A stretch of 63,997 nucleotides of DNA, filler included, from Dimargaris cristalligena (lineage: Eukaryota): the NCBI GenBank assembly GCA_003614675.1. It is 3 parts of 3 records of this genome, joined end to end, with 100 filler letters (N's around TTAATTAATTAA, not from the genome) between each part and the next. Parts side by side here need not be neighbours in the genome. Positions count along the whole stretch, not along the records: positions 22,661 to 45,164 come from ML002631.1; 2 more parts are not named here. One strand, given 5' to 3'. Below, one piece after another: positions 23,511 through 36,760 of the stretch. The translations under genes were made by a program, and so were the position numbers. A model generated the notes under the pieces. The model ran no database searches, was not told where the DNA came from, and worked only from the letters and a program-made list of their open reading frames with translations. Each line of letters begins with the position of its first letter. Within the stretch, counting starts at the first letter, position 1.

Positions 23511-26500
23511 TTTACACAGTGTTCAAACTTGAAGAACTAGCCAGTTTTTCCCTTTGTGGTTTTATGGTTGTCAGTCCATCCGAGGATGATGTCCTGAAAG
23601 TAGTAGTATAGCTCTAAGTTTATAGTATCAGTTTGTATATATATAGTATCCCCAACTGGCCCTTAAAATGGCAAATTATCTTCAAGATAAGTTTTTATTA
23701 TTCTGAATAAATATCTATTTTAACTTCACCCAGTGTTTTACCCAGTATCAGCTAAGGACTTCAACTGGAAGTCAATTTTCTTATTTTTACTCTTATTATT
23801 ATCTTATATTTCAGCATGTAGCCACCGTGGCTCCTCAAGCACCTAACTCTGATGACGGGAGTTTAGGATCATTTCATGTAGAACATTTTGTGCCATACCC
23901 CAGTTCAACCTCCGAGCTCAGCTCCGATCCAATCTGCCTAGCTGAAGGACTGTTTCCCAAGTTCTCCATGATTTGCCCAGGTGCCTTGAGCCCTCCAAAC
24001 CTGACGTCCAGTGACCCTGCCAATCCTGGGGAGGACAAGGGGTCTAACCCCAGCCTTAGTCCCGGAAGGGAGGGGCCTCAAACCACTGGCCCAACATTTA
24101 ACCAGTAATATTTGCCTCATCTAATGGATTTTTTGTTAGTCTGGTTGAATCTTTCCCATATAGATGTAAGGGAAAGCATTATTATATATGCATATTCATG
24201 TTTTTAGATCTAGCCACCCATTTAATTGTGTGGAGGTATTTTTTTTACATTTTTGAGAGGTTTATTTGGACTTATTGTATTTCAAGAGACTAACACAGTA
24301 TCTGTATTTCACAGTATGCCCCTATCCATGCCCACTTTCCCAAGTCCAACATTGGTATGGTGTTTTGATTGCTTGTAACATTTAGCCTTGTCTTCCCTGA
24401 CCATATTTTTTCCATAGACTTGGAGGATCAATGTCCATGTGGCTATCTTCCAAGCCATTTTCTTGTATTGACCAACTAATTTGAGAAGATTATTCCAATT
24501 AAAAATATATGACGAATGCAAGGACCCATACGTTTTTTTAAAAAAAAAAGTGAAATTACAAGAGTGCAAGGATCCCCAGTGGCATTGGTATTTTTTGGCA
24601 ATCAGCTTTTGTGGACCTACTATGTAATTATGAAATCGCCATGCATAAATAATTGGTGCCCCAAGCATGGGGTGATTGACCCGAGATATAAAACTCGGCA
24701 GGATGGAAGAATGTAGATTCTATAATGTATCTTCTTGGACTCCATTGGCCAATGCCATACTAAAAAGCTCAGTGGAATATTTGGCTAAATCTAAATATTA
24801 GGTTTGGGCATGTTAACAAACCGACTGCCAGACCAATCTGGACGATGGGGGGGGGGTTCTGGTACTGTATCCGGGCACTTTAATAATGCTGTGGATGCGG
24901 TTTCTACTGTAAGTGCACATCCATTCCTGCTTAATTACATCATCTCTATTTTTCTTGACTGGCATCCGCTGAAGTAGCCCCCCCCTCTATTTGACTAGGC
25001 TGGCGGACCCTTTAGTGGTAGCCTCATGGGATGAGGAGGGGAAGGTGTATTTCTGTTAAATGGGAAGCTATAGTGGCATTCTGAGAATCGATGGACAAGG
25101 GATTTGGAGAAGGTACCACTCTTAAGTGGAAAAGGATGGCGAACCATACAGTAATGGAGAGTAGGGTGTATCAAAGTGGCCGGGCGGAGCTTTCATTAGT
25201 CACTAGATTTATTCTAAATTCCCACCTTTGCATCACACCTCCTATCCTCGACGCTACGTCTATTTATTATGCGAATACCCAATGCCCAAAATAGAACGCT
25301 GGCTATTTAGCTCCCGGTTCGCTCGCTTTGCTTATTATTATTAGTGTTTATATTTTCATTTTGCCTGTCTGCTTTCGGATACAGGGCACGCTTATGCCCT
25401 TTACGGGTGTATTCAAACTTATTAAAAATTGAATGGGGTTAAAATAGGATAGATGTAATAAGAACTCCGCTACCTTCCCCCTTGCTGCCAAGCGTGGGTT
25501 GATTTCCATTTAGAGATAATATAATACACCATTATATATTGCGCCGACCACTCCCATTGTTTAGGTTTTTTTTTACATTGAGGTGCGGTTTACCGGGGCT
25601 GAACCGTGGTTGCTGGCTATATGTGGCTAGAAGCCATGTTAAAGGCAGAGCGACACCTGCCCCGGTTTGCTGATTTATGGTTAACTAGTCATTTTTTGAA
25701 TGTACGTATAGTTAGTATTCCAACCCGTCACTATAACCCCTTTCCTAATACCCCATTGCAACGACGACTTAGGGAAGTATAGGGTGTGCTTTTGGTTAGA
25801 TGGATTATTAAGGCTCGCAGGAAGCCCTATTTGATTAGTAACGACAAGTAACCGCTACAAAATGGCTCGGATCTTTCTGTTCGGCACTAAAAAGTGAAGT
25901 TAGTTACAATCTAATGAATCAACACAATCGGGACGGGCTGCAAATAGACTATACCGGGGTTCACATATATTTGGTATGGTGAGAAATTGTTTAACACGGC
26001 CTACTTTCTAATAGCTACGGGATTATAGACCTGTGATAAAGAAAGGCTATAACAGCAATGTAGGTTGTTTCCACGGGATAGTCTTCAGAAAAGATCGGAT
26101 AGGATGTAACTCAAAGTAGGCATTTGTTTGTATATTGTCTAACCCCCCCCCCTCCTTTGCCGAACACTCCGGAAATACCTAGGCCTAGGCCTCGTTCTTG
26201 ACTATTATTTTTGCTGCTCTAGATTTAGAACTATGGGATAGATTCCTCTGGCCAATGATGTATGGCAAGTCGTCGGACATTTTGTTCAAAGTTTTTGGGG
26301 TTTCTGACGTCGGACAATGTAATCCTTAAGGGAGGGAGTGGTGACACCTGGTCTAAGAAGCCCCATGGTAATAAGAGTCGAATGAAAAGCCCGTTCCATC
26401 GTGTTTATGGAATAAATTATGCGTCGTAATTAGCTCAGCAGTAGGCGCTAATGAACTAAAGTTCAGTTTAGATTGGTTCTGTCATTTTGCATATTTGACC

Positions 26501-29500
26501 CTATTTAAGAATCTGTCTTTTCATATTTATAATCTGAAATGACATGCACCCCTAGGCTAAAATGGGTGTCATGCCATTGAGGTACATAATGTGACCAATG
26601 CCCTCAGTGGGCATATGAAATAACCGTGTACTAAATAAAGCCATAAAGTCTCCTAATGGATATACTGGTAAAAAAACAATAGGTTTTTCGAATGTGTACT
26701 CCCGGTTGGAATGCCTATAACCCTACCGGTATCATCACAATGCTTGTCTTATCAACAAAGTGCCTTGCTAGCTACTACCGTTAGCGTCAAGTCAGAGAGA
26801 TGTGCCCCATATATTTCAAGATGGCACTCTGGGTCCCAATCACTGACCAGTGAATTGCTGGCTTATGGGTCTAGTAGATAGTGTGAATCATGACGGGTGG
26901 CTTAAATCTGAACACCACTAGCCACCTATTTGGGGATGGCGGCCCACTATACAACGAGAAGATGCAAAGCACCGCCTTATACCTTGCGGCATCTTAGATG
27001 GTCGATGTTTTATTAGGGGGGTTGAGGATAATATTTATGGCTGGCCAATTTCTTTTCGTTTTGAATCAGCAGGCGCTTTCAGTGTGTCACCCATCTCCCC
27101 CCCTACCATTTTTGCTCCCCTGTGGCGTTTGACAGGTCTCTGTAGTTGTAGCCTGAGTGAATTAAGGCAGTGAGACCCACAAAAACAGTGGTGGATTCTA
27201 GATTGACTGCCAGGATGGTCTGTATTGTACACAAGCTAGCCTGCTACACTGGAAAAAGAGGGGGAGAAGAGGACTTTAAGGCCATAAGCAAACCTGCCGC
27301 CTCTTACTAAATCTAACCTATTCGCTCATTCAACTATGTGGGTGGGTGGGATACTTTACCATGATTGCGCACGTGATGGAAATGAATCGGATACTGCCAG
27401 CCCCATCCATAGGTTTTAAGGCGAACGGGTCATTTGATCGAGGAACTGGGCATTGCTATACCAGCTGACCACCCCCGCCCACCCCTATATTTGGCGCTAA
27501 CTTATATATTTGCCCAAAAGGGAAAAAAGCACACGGGTTTAAGATAGCAACCCAATATTTTCATCTTCCATCGGACGCCCACGCTTGTTTGTTTGGTTTG
27601 ACCAGGCACCACCACGCCCCTAACGTGGTAAAGATTAATATCGGCCCAAAACGCCTCAGTGAAAGCCATTGGTCTTACCGGGGTGCGGGTGTGTCAGTTG
27701 TCGGATTTATGGCCCTGCTATTCAATAGGGGGCATATTTCCCCGCTTGTCATGCGATTCGGTCACCCTGCCCTTTTTGAATGACTATATTTTAGCCAGGG
27801 GATAGGAGATTTAAAGGGGAGGAGTGTTCCACAGCCGATGGGCTGCTAACCTCCTTATCGCGGCGAAAACTAACCTGTACACAGTATTTTGTAGTAATTA
27901 GGCCAGTTAGCCTAATTGGGAGTCTATAAGGCCGTTTTTTTATAAGAGCCAGCGGCTATCAATACAGGCACCAGAGAACTGTGTCTCCTAAGACCAAAGG
28001 GGACAATCGGAAGGGTGAAGAACTAGGGCGCCATTGTTTCCCTAGCTTCGGATTAAGCCGGCGATTGTGCTCAGGAAAATCTTAACGATATCCCTTCGTT
28101 CTTGGTTGGGCGATTCGACGACGATATAGAGTTACACCGGTGAGTGTGGGTGGGGGGTGCCTATGATGAGGGCGATGGATAGTAAATTAGTTAGTTAGTT
28201 AATTGGTGGATGTGATCGGTTGATTCGATGGGCCTAGGCGAGCAACGAACCCGTGGTTTCGGACTTTTCGTAAGCCCATTTATTACCTTGGGCGCATCCC
28301 TTCTACAACACGGAAGGGCCACACATCCCGCCCCCCATAGTTTCAGCGCATTTTTCCTTCTGATATAAAAAAGCCCCATGTGTCCTCATTTATTTCCGTC
28401 GGCACTACCCCCAGTGGGGTTTCTTCTTTTCGCCTCCCCCTCCCCCACCATTCGTGACTACTTCACCCGCTAGTGGGTTTTGATCGTGTAGGAGATGAGG
28501 GATACGGAAGGGTATTGTTTGTGGACCATCAACCGACCGTGCATTGCATTACGTGGAGTGGTGGGTGGGTTTCCAATACGAGCCAGCAGAGGGGGGAGAC
28601 TAACCTTATTTTTAGATTGTGCGGGATTTATGAGACTGCTGTACTGGACCTCCGCACTTATTTAAAGTGCCGGCGGTTTGGGAACTACGGCCGTTGAAGG
28701 TATGGGGAGTGGGGGAATCTGATGGGTTGGCTATCTATATTCCGGATACCACCCCACCCAAGCCCATTGTCCCACTGCGTAAAAGGAGGAAGGTGAGACT
28801 GGGCTAGATAGACAATGGCCAACGTGGTTGGCGCAGCTATACTTCCTTCGTGCCCTACAGGGCTGGAGGGTGGTTTGATTAGGTGGTCTCTCCTCGTCCT
28901 AAGCAGCCCATGACCCCCACGGGGAATATAAGCAGGGCAGAGCCAGTTTCCGAATATCTCTCGCCCTTAGGTCTCTCCTCTCACTTCAAGAAGGGAGGGC
29001 TCTAGAGCGGCACACAAGCGCCCAATGGTGAATTCTGTGTGTTTATGTGTGTGTTTCTCGCACGCGTGCGCCTCCCGCCTAATGAGTTTCAGCCCGCCAG
29101 ATGGAACGATGATCCGCTGCGTATACAACAGAGTGTGCTTTTTCAGAAGGAGGGCAAGGAGGAAGAAAGGAGAGAAGATGAAAGAGACAAAAGGTGGATG
29201 TAGTGAGCATATAGACGATGAAAGGACAGTGATGATAATAGGTAGATGTATACTAGGAATATCTCCCCTTCCTCTCTCCCCACTGACCAAGAAGGCCAGA
29301 GAGGGAGAGTGCGCATACAACAATAAATTGGCACCCCTTTCTTGCCGCTACGCCCTGCGTCACCACCACCACCCCGCCCTCTTGGTTGTATGCGTTCAAG
29401 TTTATAGCTCGCCCGGCCATTGCCTTGCCTACTACTCTTGTTCTTCTTTCCCTCGTTGGCCGTTTTTTTAGTGATTCTCTCTCCTTGTAATTTTGTTTGC

Positions 29501-29843
29501 TTGGTTCGGCCCGTCCATCCTTCGTTACTGCCTACTTCTCCCGAGTCGGCCCCCGTACCGTTGTTGGACTGTTGTCTCGGCAGTCCCCTTTATATCCCAA
29601 TCTCTATCGGCCTATTCGGTCCTTTGCCACTCTCTTCCCGACAGTGCTTCCCCTGCCGCTCGTGTATAACCCGTTTCGGTTCATTTGACCGCTCGCTCTT
29701 TACCCAACCGCCCGTGACGGAGCTTTTCAGCTAGCTTAGTGGCCTTCTCCCCACCCACATACATACATATACACATCACATATACTGTCGTTCAGCATTT
29801 CCACCTTGCAATTCTCTCCCCCTCTCCTTTCATTCGACCAACT

Positions 29844-31757
29844 ATGAGCAATCCATCAGCCGCGGTGAACCGGGATGCATTAAACATGCGAGTAGCTAAT
29901 CGGTACAAACTAAGCCGAAAAATCGGTTCGGGCTCCTTCGGCGAAATCTATCTCGGCACCAATATCCCCACAGGCGAGGAGGTAGCCGTCAAACTGGAGC
30001 AGGTCAAGGCCAAACACCCTCAACTCGAATACGAGGCCCGGGTACTGCGGGCCCTGGAGGGCGGCCCTGGCTTCCCCACGGTACGCCACTTTTGCGTCGA
30101 ACACCAGTACAACTGCATGGTTATTGACCTACTGGGCCCCTCGCTGGAGGACCTCTTTAATTTCTGCCACCGCAAATTCTCGCTCAAGACCGTCCTCATG
30201 ATGGCCGACCAACTGCTGTCCCGCATCGAATATATCCACAGCAACAACTTTCTTCACCGCGATATCAAACCCGACAATTTCCTGATGGGCATCGGTCGCC
30301 GCACCAACGTGGTTCACATGATTGATTTCGGTCTGGCCAAGCGGTTCCGCGATCCACGCAACCACATTCACATTCCGTATCGCGAGAACAAAAACCTAAC
30401 CGGTACCGCCCGTTATGCCAGCGTGAATACACATCTGGGCATCGAACAGTCTCGGCGGGACGACCTTGAGTCCCTAGGCTACGTCCTCTTGTACTTCCTT
30501 CGGGGTGCCCTTCCGTGGCAGGGCATGAAGGCCCTTAACAAGCGCCAAAAGTACGACCGGATTATGGAACGCAAGATGACCTCCAACACCGAGCAGCTCT
30601 GCCAGGGCCTACCCCAGGAGTTCGCCACTTACATCACCTACTCCCGTAACCTCCGCTTCGACGAGAAGCCTGACTACGCGTACCTAAAACGGCTATTCCG
30701 GGAGCTGTTTGTGCGGGAGGGAATGAAGCCTGATGATATCTACGACTGGACCACGCTAAGACAGTCCCACCAGGATCTCGTTAGTGGCGGCGTGCACCGG
30801 CCTCTGGCCGGCACCTCCAATCTTACGCAGATGCCACCGTCCACCAACCAGGCCGCTTTCCACTCGTCTGGAGTCGGCCTCGTTTCCCAACCACAGTCCG
30901 CCAACCCCCACCTCATGGATGACCCGGGCCTACGTCGAGCGATCTCCCGGGCCATTCCTCAGACCGGCAGCCACCACCTTATGGATGACTCGGGTCTGCG
31001 TCGAGCGGCCTCCCGGGCCACTCCTCAGAACCCTAACTACTACCCCACTCCACCCACAAACCCCGCCACCCTGACTGGAGGTGTATACCAGAACGTCTCC
31101 TCCGTTGGTGCGGCGGGCATGGCAACACCCACCTCTACCGCACTTAACATCGGACGGACCGGTCCCGCCTATCCGGCCGTAGCCAACCCGAATCTCTATC
31201 GCATCGATACCACCGCCTCGTCGTCGTTTGCACCTCGCCTGACCAACGGAAACAACCCGAATCTGGCCACCAGTGGGGCAGCGGCTCGTCATCGTCCACA
31301 CCAAACCCAGCTCCCCCACTCCCACTACCTGCCACCCCTACAGAGTGGTTACAATCAACCGGCTGGTTCTAACCACCCCCAACTGCCTTCCATTCCGCAT
31401 GGCATAGCTATGGTAGCGGCTGGTGGACCTGGCCCCGCCAATGTGGGTACGGCTGGGACCTATGCGGCTAATTCCCAGGCCGCAGGGATGATGAATACTG
31501 GTTACAACCTGGCTAGTCGGAAACCAATGAACATCAGCACCGTCGCCGCCGCTGCCCCTTCGGTACCATCCAGTGACCGGGTACTCCGGAGCTCCGCCCG
31601 GGGTCAGCAACCACAACCCTCGCCAGGCCTGCCAAGCCCCCATCACCCTCTCTTTAACGCGAACCGCTTTCAATCGCCCCAGGAGGACGTCCGGGCCGGG
31701 GCCCCATCTAACATAGGTCACAATGGTCAGCAGCACTTGTACTATCCCAGCCGTTAA
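29844..31757 (+). CDS. HRR25: Casein kinase I (Hrr25/Hhp1, CK1-delta-like) with a long low-complexity C-terminal tail, intronless
   Basis: [67 protein letters not shown]; no terminal Cys-Cys palmitoylation signal. Confidence 0.93.
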   Translation: MSNPSAAVNRDALNMRVANRYKLSRKIGSGSFGEIYLGTNIPTGEEVAVKLEQVKAKHPQLEYEARVLRALEGGPGFPTVRHFCVEHQYNCMVIDLLGPSLEDLFNFCHRKFSLKTVLMMADQLLSRIEYIHSNNFLHRDIKPDNFLMGIGRRTNVVHMIDFGLAKRFRDPRNHIHIPYRENKNLTGTARYASVNTHLGIEQSRRDDLESLGYVLLYFLRGALPWQGMKALNKRQKYDRIMERKMTSNTEQLCQGLPQEFATYITYSRNLRFDEKPDYAYLKRLFRELFVREGMKPDDIYDWTTLRQSHQDLVSGGVHRPLAGTSNLTQMPPSTNQAAFHSSGVGLVSQPQSANPHLMDDPGLRRAISRAIPQTGSHHLMDDSGLRRAASRATPQNPNYYPTPPTNPATLTGGVYQNVSSVGAAGMATPTSTALNIGRTGPAYPAVANPNLYRIDTTASSSFAPRLTNGNNPNLATSGAAARHRPHQTQLPHSHYLPPLQSGYNQPAGSNHPQLPSIPHGIAMVAAGGPGPANVGTAGTYAANSQAAGMMNTGYNLASRKPMNISTVAAAAPSVPSSDRVLRSSARGQQPQPSPGLPSPHHPLFNANRFQSPQEDVRAGAPSNIGHNGQQHLYYPSR

Positions 31758-33613
31758 CTAATCGGTGCCCCTCCCCTCTGTCAGCACTCCCGTTGTGACG
31801 AAGTAATCGCAGTACCTTCCTATTTAGACCGGTGACCTCCTATATCTTCCCCTGCTCGCCCACCTTCTACCGGCGTCCCATACTTTCACATAGGAGAAGA
31901 GGCGCTGGTATTCTATGACTATGGTGGTGATTTGATTGAACCGGACCTTCTAATAGGAAGAGGGGAAGAAGAAGGCGAGTTGACTACACCTGGGGAATAT
32001 GGGTATTGTTGTATTTTTTCTACACTGTACCATTTATACACTATATGCTATACCTAGCTTCCCTAGGTTGATTTAACTACCATTTATCGTTTCCCGTCAA
32101 CTCGTGCTTTTATTACAATGTTTCCTTTGCTCTGCCCTACTCTATTACCCATTTTTTTATAATGGTTTTTATCCATTTTCCTCTCATTCACCCGATTAAA
32201 TAACATATGTTACTATTCTAACTGAACGCTGTTCCCTCTTTTGCGTCCTATGGGGCTACTCTTTCGTGTACTCCCTTCTCTATACTTCGCCCCGCCACTT
32301 CCTATGACATCCCCGACCTTTTTTACCACATACCAAGAGCCACTTGCCTTTGACTTGTTCATATAGTTTTCTGCCTTTGGTGCGGCTGTAGCCGCGACTG
32401 CTCAAGTGATTAATGCCAATCGCAACAACAGCTCCGGGGCTAACCGTTGCATACAACCAACTAACTGCAAAGCTATTGGAGAATAATACGCTGGGTTCCA
32501 TGGAAGGATGTGTGTGTGTGAAAATCCCCCCAAATGATGCCTATTTGCACAACCCTGTTCGTTGACTAAGTTAACTTGCTCTTGGGCCTGTATTCACCCA
32601 AAGGACGGTGGTGCGCGCATTTCAAATTTATTCTTTACATGGCTCTGTGCCCCACACATATTACCAGCTACTTACGAATACCCTATATTACACCAGCATT
32701 GTCTTGGTCGATTTATATACGGTTATGCTGGCGATTAGTAATGATGTCCTGCCTTCCCCTCACCTCCCCTTTTGGTTCTATTTTTTTTTATATTCTTATT
32801 GTTAAGGTCTCGGGTTTTTCTAGGATTTAGATGAAAGCATATCCGACCGCCGGTGTACTTATCATCTGGGCATTGCCACTCTCTTTCCATTACTATATGT
32901 GAGAGGGTATGTACACTACTCTCACCTCTGCTTAACAGTGCCTCGGGTTTATCATATACATTTCCTTTGTTTCTCCCTGTCAACACCACCTCTACTCCAC
33001 TATATTGCTATAAACCACCCAAATTACGAGTAACCTCAGTCCAGTACTGGGGCTAGACGGTGGATATATCACTGTCACGTGACCTGTTTCACAATCTCCA
33101 GGCTTTTTCTCTTCCTCAGGTAGATTATGTAGTAAAAGAAAAAAAATGGTTCAATTGTCAGGCTAATTGCAATTGATAATAGGGAAATATACTACCGCCC
33201 ATTAATTTGGATTAGGCAATGATAGTGTTCAAGTTAGTTGCTCATTCAGCCCACTGCGCTCTACAGCCGTAAATACCACACACACTTACTTACGCATCAG
33301 CCCTACCGTATCTTTAGTGTCCCCGATTCCACGACCTTCATTCAATGCAACGGGCGCCCACAACCCTCTCTTTCTTTACCAGTACTTAATTTGAACTATT
33401 TTACTACCCTCCCACATTGACTTGAGATATCGCATGAGCTCGGGTTACTTCGTCTAGTCAGTCATTCCAAGTCCCGCCTTCGTCCGCATTCCAATTTTCT
33501 CGCCCAAAAAATATTCTCGTGCCAAGTGACCGGAAGTTCTGTAAACGCTTGGGACCATTTATTCTGCTATCATCACCCCCTCCCCCGCCCGCCCTGGTGT
33601 GTAATAATTCAAC

Positions 33614-36196
33614 ATGGACTTTTTTAAGTTACTCGGTAGCGGTGCGCGTTTTGACCGTAAAAAATTCAAAAAGGACTTTGAAATCATCGAAGTAAGTAGT
33701 ATTCATTTGTGACACCACCGACCGTATCCATCCCCTATTTTTAGTAGTCTGACTATGGTTATTCTGATTTCCAAACACATGTTGTTGAAATGGGATGCTA
33801 TGGGAGACTGTGAAGCGATCATTGCCAAAGATAACACCCCCCCCGCTAGTTCACTAAATTGTAACCAGTTCCATGGCAATGTGGAGGCCATTCAACCTAC
33901 TAATCATCCGGTAATTCCTGTATGCTTCTATATTTTTTTCGACTATTTCGTTGAACATCAAATATGGGACTTTCCTTTGCCATGCCTCTTTAAATGATAT
34001 TAGCAAAAACCCCGTGATTCAACCAGTAATTCCCAATCTAAAACGTCGGCCTCCCTTTCGAAGGGGGCGAGCGCCGGTCCCACGATGGACTTTTTCGGCT
34101 CCAAAGCCTCTAAACGTCCCCATTCCACCGATGCTTTGGGTTCGGGCGCCTCCGACAATGAGAACGGCGAAGATGAATCCGAAGAAGAAGATGATGATGA
34201 AGACAATGCCAGTACCAGTGGCAGTGACAGCGAGGACGACCACCAAGAAGGCGAGGAGGGCTTTGTGGATGAGGCGGCCGTCACCCAATTCCGGACCCGC
34301 CACCGTATTCACCTGTACGGGGGCGAACGAGTCGCTCATCCGATCCGGAGTTTCCGGCCGCTTCTCGACCTTCTGGCCCCGGCCCTACGGCGGAATTTCG
34401 CGGCGCAGTCCGGGTTCCGGCGCCCAACCCCTATCCAAATGCAAGCCATCCCTCTCGTGCTGGCCGATACGGATTTGGTCGCCTGTGCCCCGACGGGTTC
34501 GGGTAAAACGTTGGCCTATGTGCTGCCGCTGCTCCATAAATTAGGAACCCCTAATCCCATGGGAGGGTACCGTGTGTGTATCGTTACTCCCACCCGGGAG
34601 TTGGCTACCCAGGTCCATGAGTTGTTCTCGGTGTTGGCTACCGGCATGGAATTTCGGATTAATCATATGGTGAAATCTCGTCCCACGGAATCTGACACGA
34701 CGGAAGAAGCTCATACATTTGGTAAGTGTTTTTGCAATACTATGAAGATGATCATGTTATTGATTTTACTAACTATATTATCCGTTGGGCTGCATAATTC
34801 GAGATTTTACCCGGGCTATTAAATGGCAAGCGCTATGCCTGTCCGTGCTTGGAAGTGAACTTCGCTCACCATGATATCACCATGACTTATCATGTATATT
34901 TGTATATGCCCATTTTCCATTTCTGGCGCGTTATATAGACATTCTCATCGCCACCCCCATGCGACTGGTTACTGAAATTAAAAACAAGACCATTGATTTA
35001 AGCCAGGTCCAACACCTGGTGCTCGACGAAGCCGACCAACTCCTCGAGTTGGGCTACCTCGAGCAAATGGATACCATTATTGCGGCCTGCCCCCACGCCC
35101 AACTCCGCAAGCAGCTCTTCAGCGCCACCATCCCACCGCCCATTGAAGAATTAGCCCAATCCATTATGCGGGACCCGGTCCGGATTTTCATTGGCGACCG
35201 CAACGCCGCCACGGACACTATTGACCAAAAGCTAGTGTTTGTGGGTACCGAAGAAGGCAAACTCATTGAAATCCGCCAAATGATCCAGCGCGGGTTCCGT
35301 CCGCCTGTCCTCATTTTCGTGCAATCCATCGAACGGTCCCGGGAACTGTTCCACGAACTCCAGTACGACGGGGTTAATGTCGAGGTCATCCATTCCGAAC
35401 GGCCCAAGGCCCAGCGGGATACTATTGTGGCCAATTTCCGGGCCGGTCACGTATGGGTGTTGATTGCCACGGAACTGATGGCCCGCGGGATCGATTTCAA
35501 AGGAGTCAATGCGGTCATTAACTACGATTTCCCCCAAACCGTACAGAGTTATATCCACCGGGTCGGTCGTACGGGACGCGCCGGCCGGCGGGGGGAAGCT
35601 ATCACGTACTTCACGAAAAGTGATGCGCCATTCCTCCGATTGGTCGTCAATATCATCCGCGATTCGGGCGGTGAGGTGCCTGAGTGGATGTTGGAGCTGA
35701 AAGCGCCTAATAGTAAATTGGTCCGGAATTTGAAACAGATGCCGCGGTGCCGGTTACCCATTAAAACGGACCCCGGCTACATGAAATTTAAGACCCGCCA
35801 GATTGAGTAAGTTTTTGGAGATACGTTAGGTGGGGGAGGTGTGGTATCTTGAGTACCCCTACCCTTTATTGAGTATTTCTTTCTAAATGGAAAATCACTG
35901 GATTACTTTGACCAACACAGGCCTTTTAAATGACAAGTCTGTCTTTAAACATTTCACTCCTCCTTTCCCTTATCCACTCGATTTTTAGCTAACCGCCCGG
36001 CTGTATACCTTTATGACTCTGCTTCCCTGGAATACCATTTATTGTATTTAGAGAGCAAAAGGCCAGATGGACGGGCAAGACAGATACGACTAACCGAAAG
36101 CCATCAGGCACCAAAAAAGAGCGCAAGCCACGCCCGCCAGCCAAGAAGGCCAAGACCAAGAAAACGGCCAAATCGCCATCCACAAAGACAGACTAA
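33614..36196 (+). CDS. ROK1: DEAD-box RNA helicase ROK1/DDX52; exons 33614-33691, 34004-34721, 34939-35806, 36052-36196
   Basis: N-terminal MDFFKLLGSGARFD; PTPIQ, APTGSGKT, PTRELA, LDEAD, SAT, PPVLIFVQSIER, ARGIDFKGVN, HRVGRTGRAG, VPEWML; Lys-rich tail. Confidence 0.93.
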
Positions 36197-36760
36197 ACCG
36201 GATCCCTTTAAGAAATGTGTTGCTGGTTTTTATAGGGTGTTTTTTTTACACCCTCTCTTTCACTACCATAGTGCATTGGATAATGATGGATCCCTTTTAA
36301 TGCGATTAAGGTCTATTTTTTTTGCCCATATCTCGGTCTTTCTTTTGGCTCTTAACTCTTTTAAAATAGAAAATGAATTACCTTTCGATTATAGATAATA
36401 TTACAATAGTGCGAGTATGGACGAATGCAAGGGCAAACTACTTTAGATTCATCGCACAGTAGTTTATGTATAGATGGGCGCTTTAAGTGTATCCGCTGTA
36501 ACTAGATGAAATCGGAAGAGGTATGTCGTCATGGGGAGAGTAGTAGAGGTGACTACAGACCACCGCTAAATCTCCAAATACCACCAACTCAGCCTTACCG
36601 CATTGACAAAAAAACCCGGGAAATATCCAGCGCCCTGCATCAATGCGCATGTAGAGAGGGTATGCTATGTTCTAACCGCCCCTATATCAATACCATCATC
36701 GGGATTGGGCTTCGTACCTTCATCTACTATATATATATATGTTCTACCTTTCACTTCATA

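Noticed and set aside
29025..29471. 148-aa ORF upstream of CK1
   Set aside because: Low-complexity GA/CT-rich promoter or leader sequence, no motif, and lacks the C-ending codon bias of the real genes.
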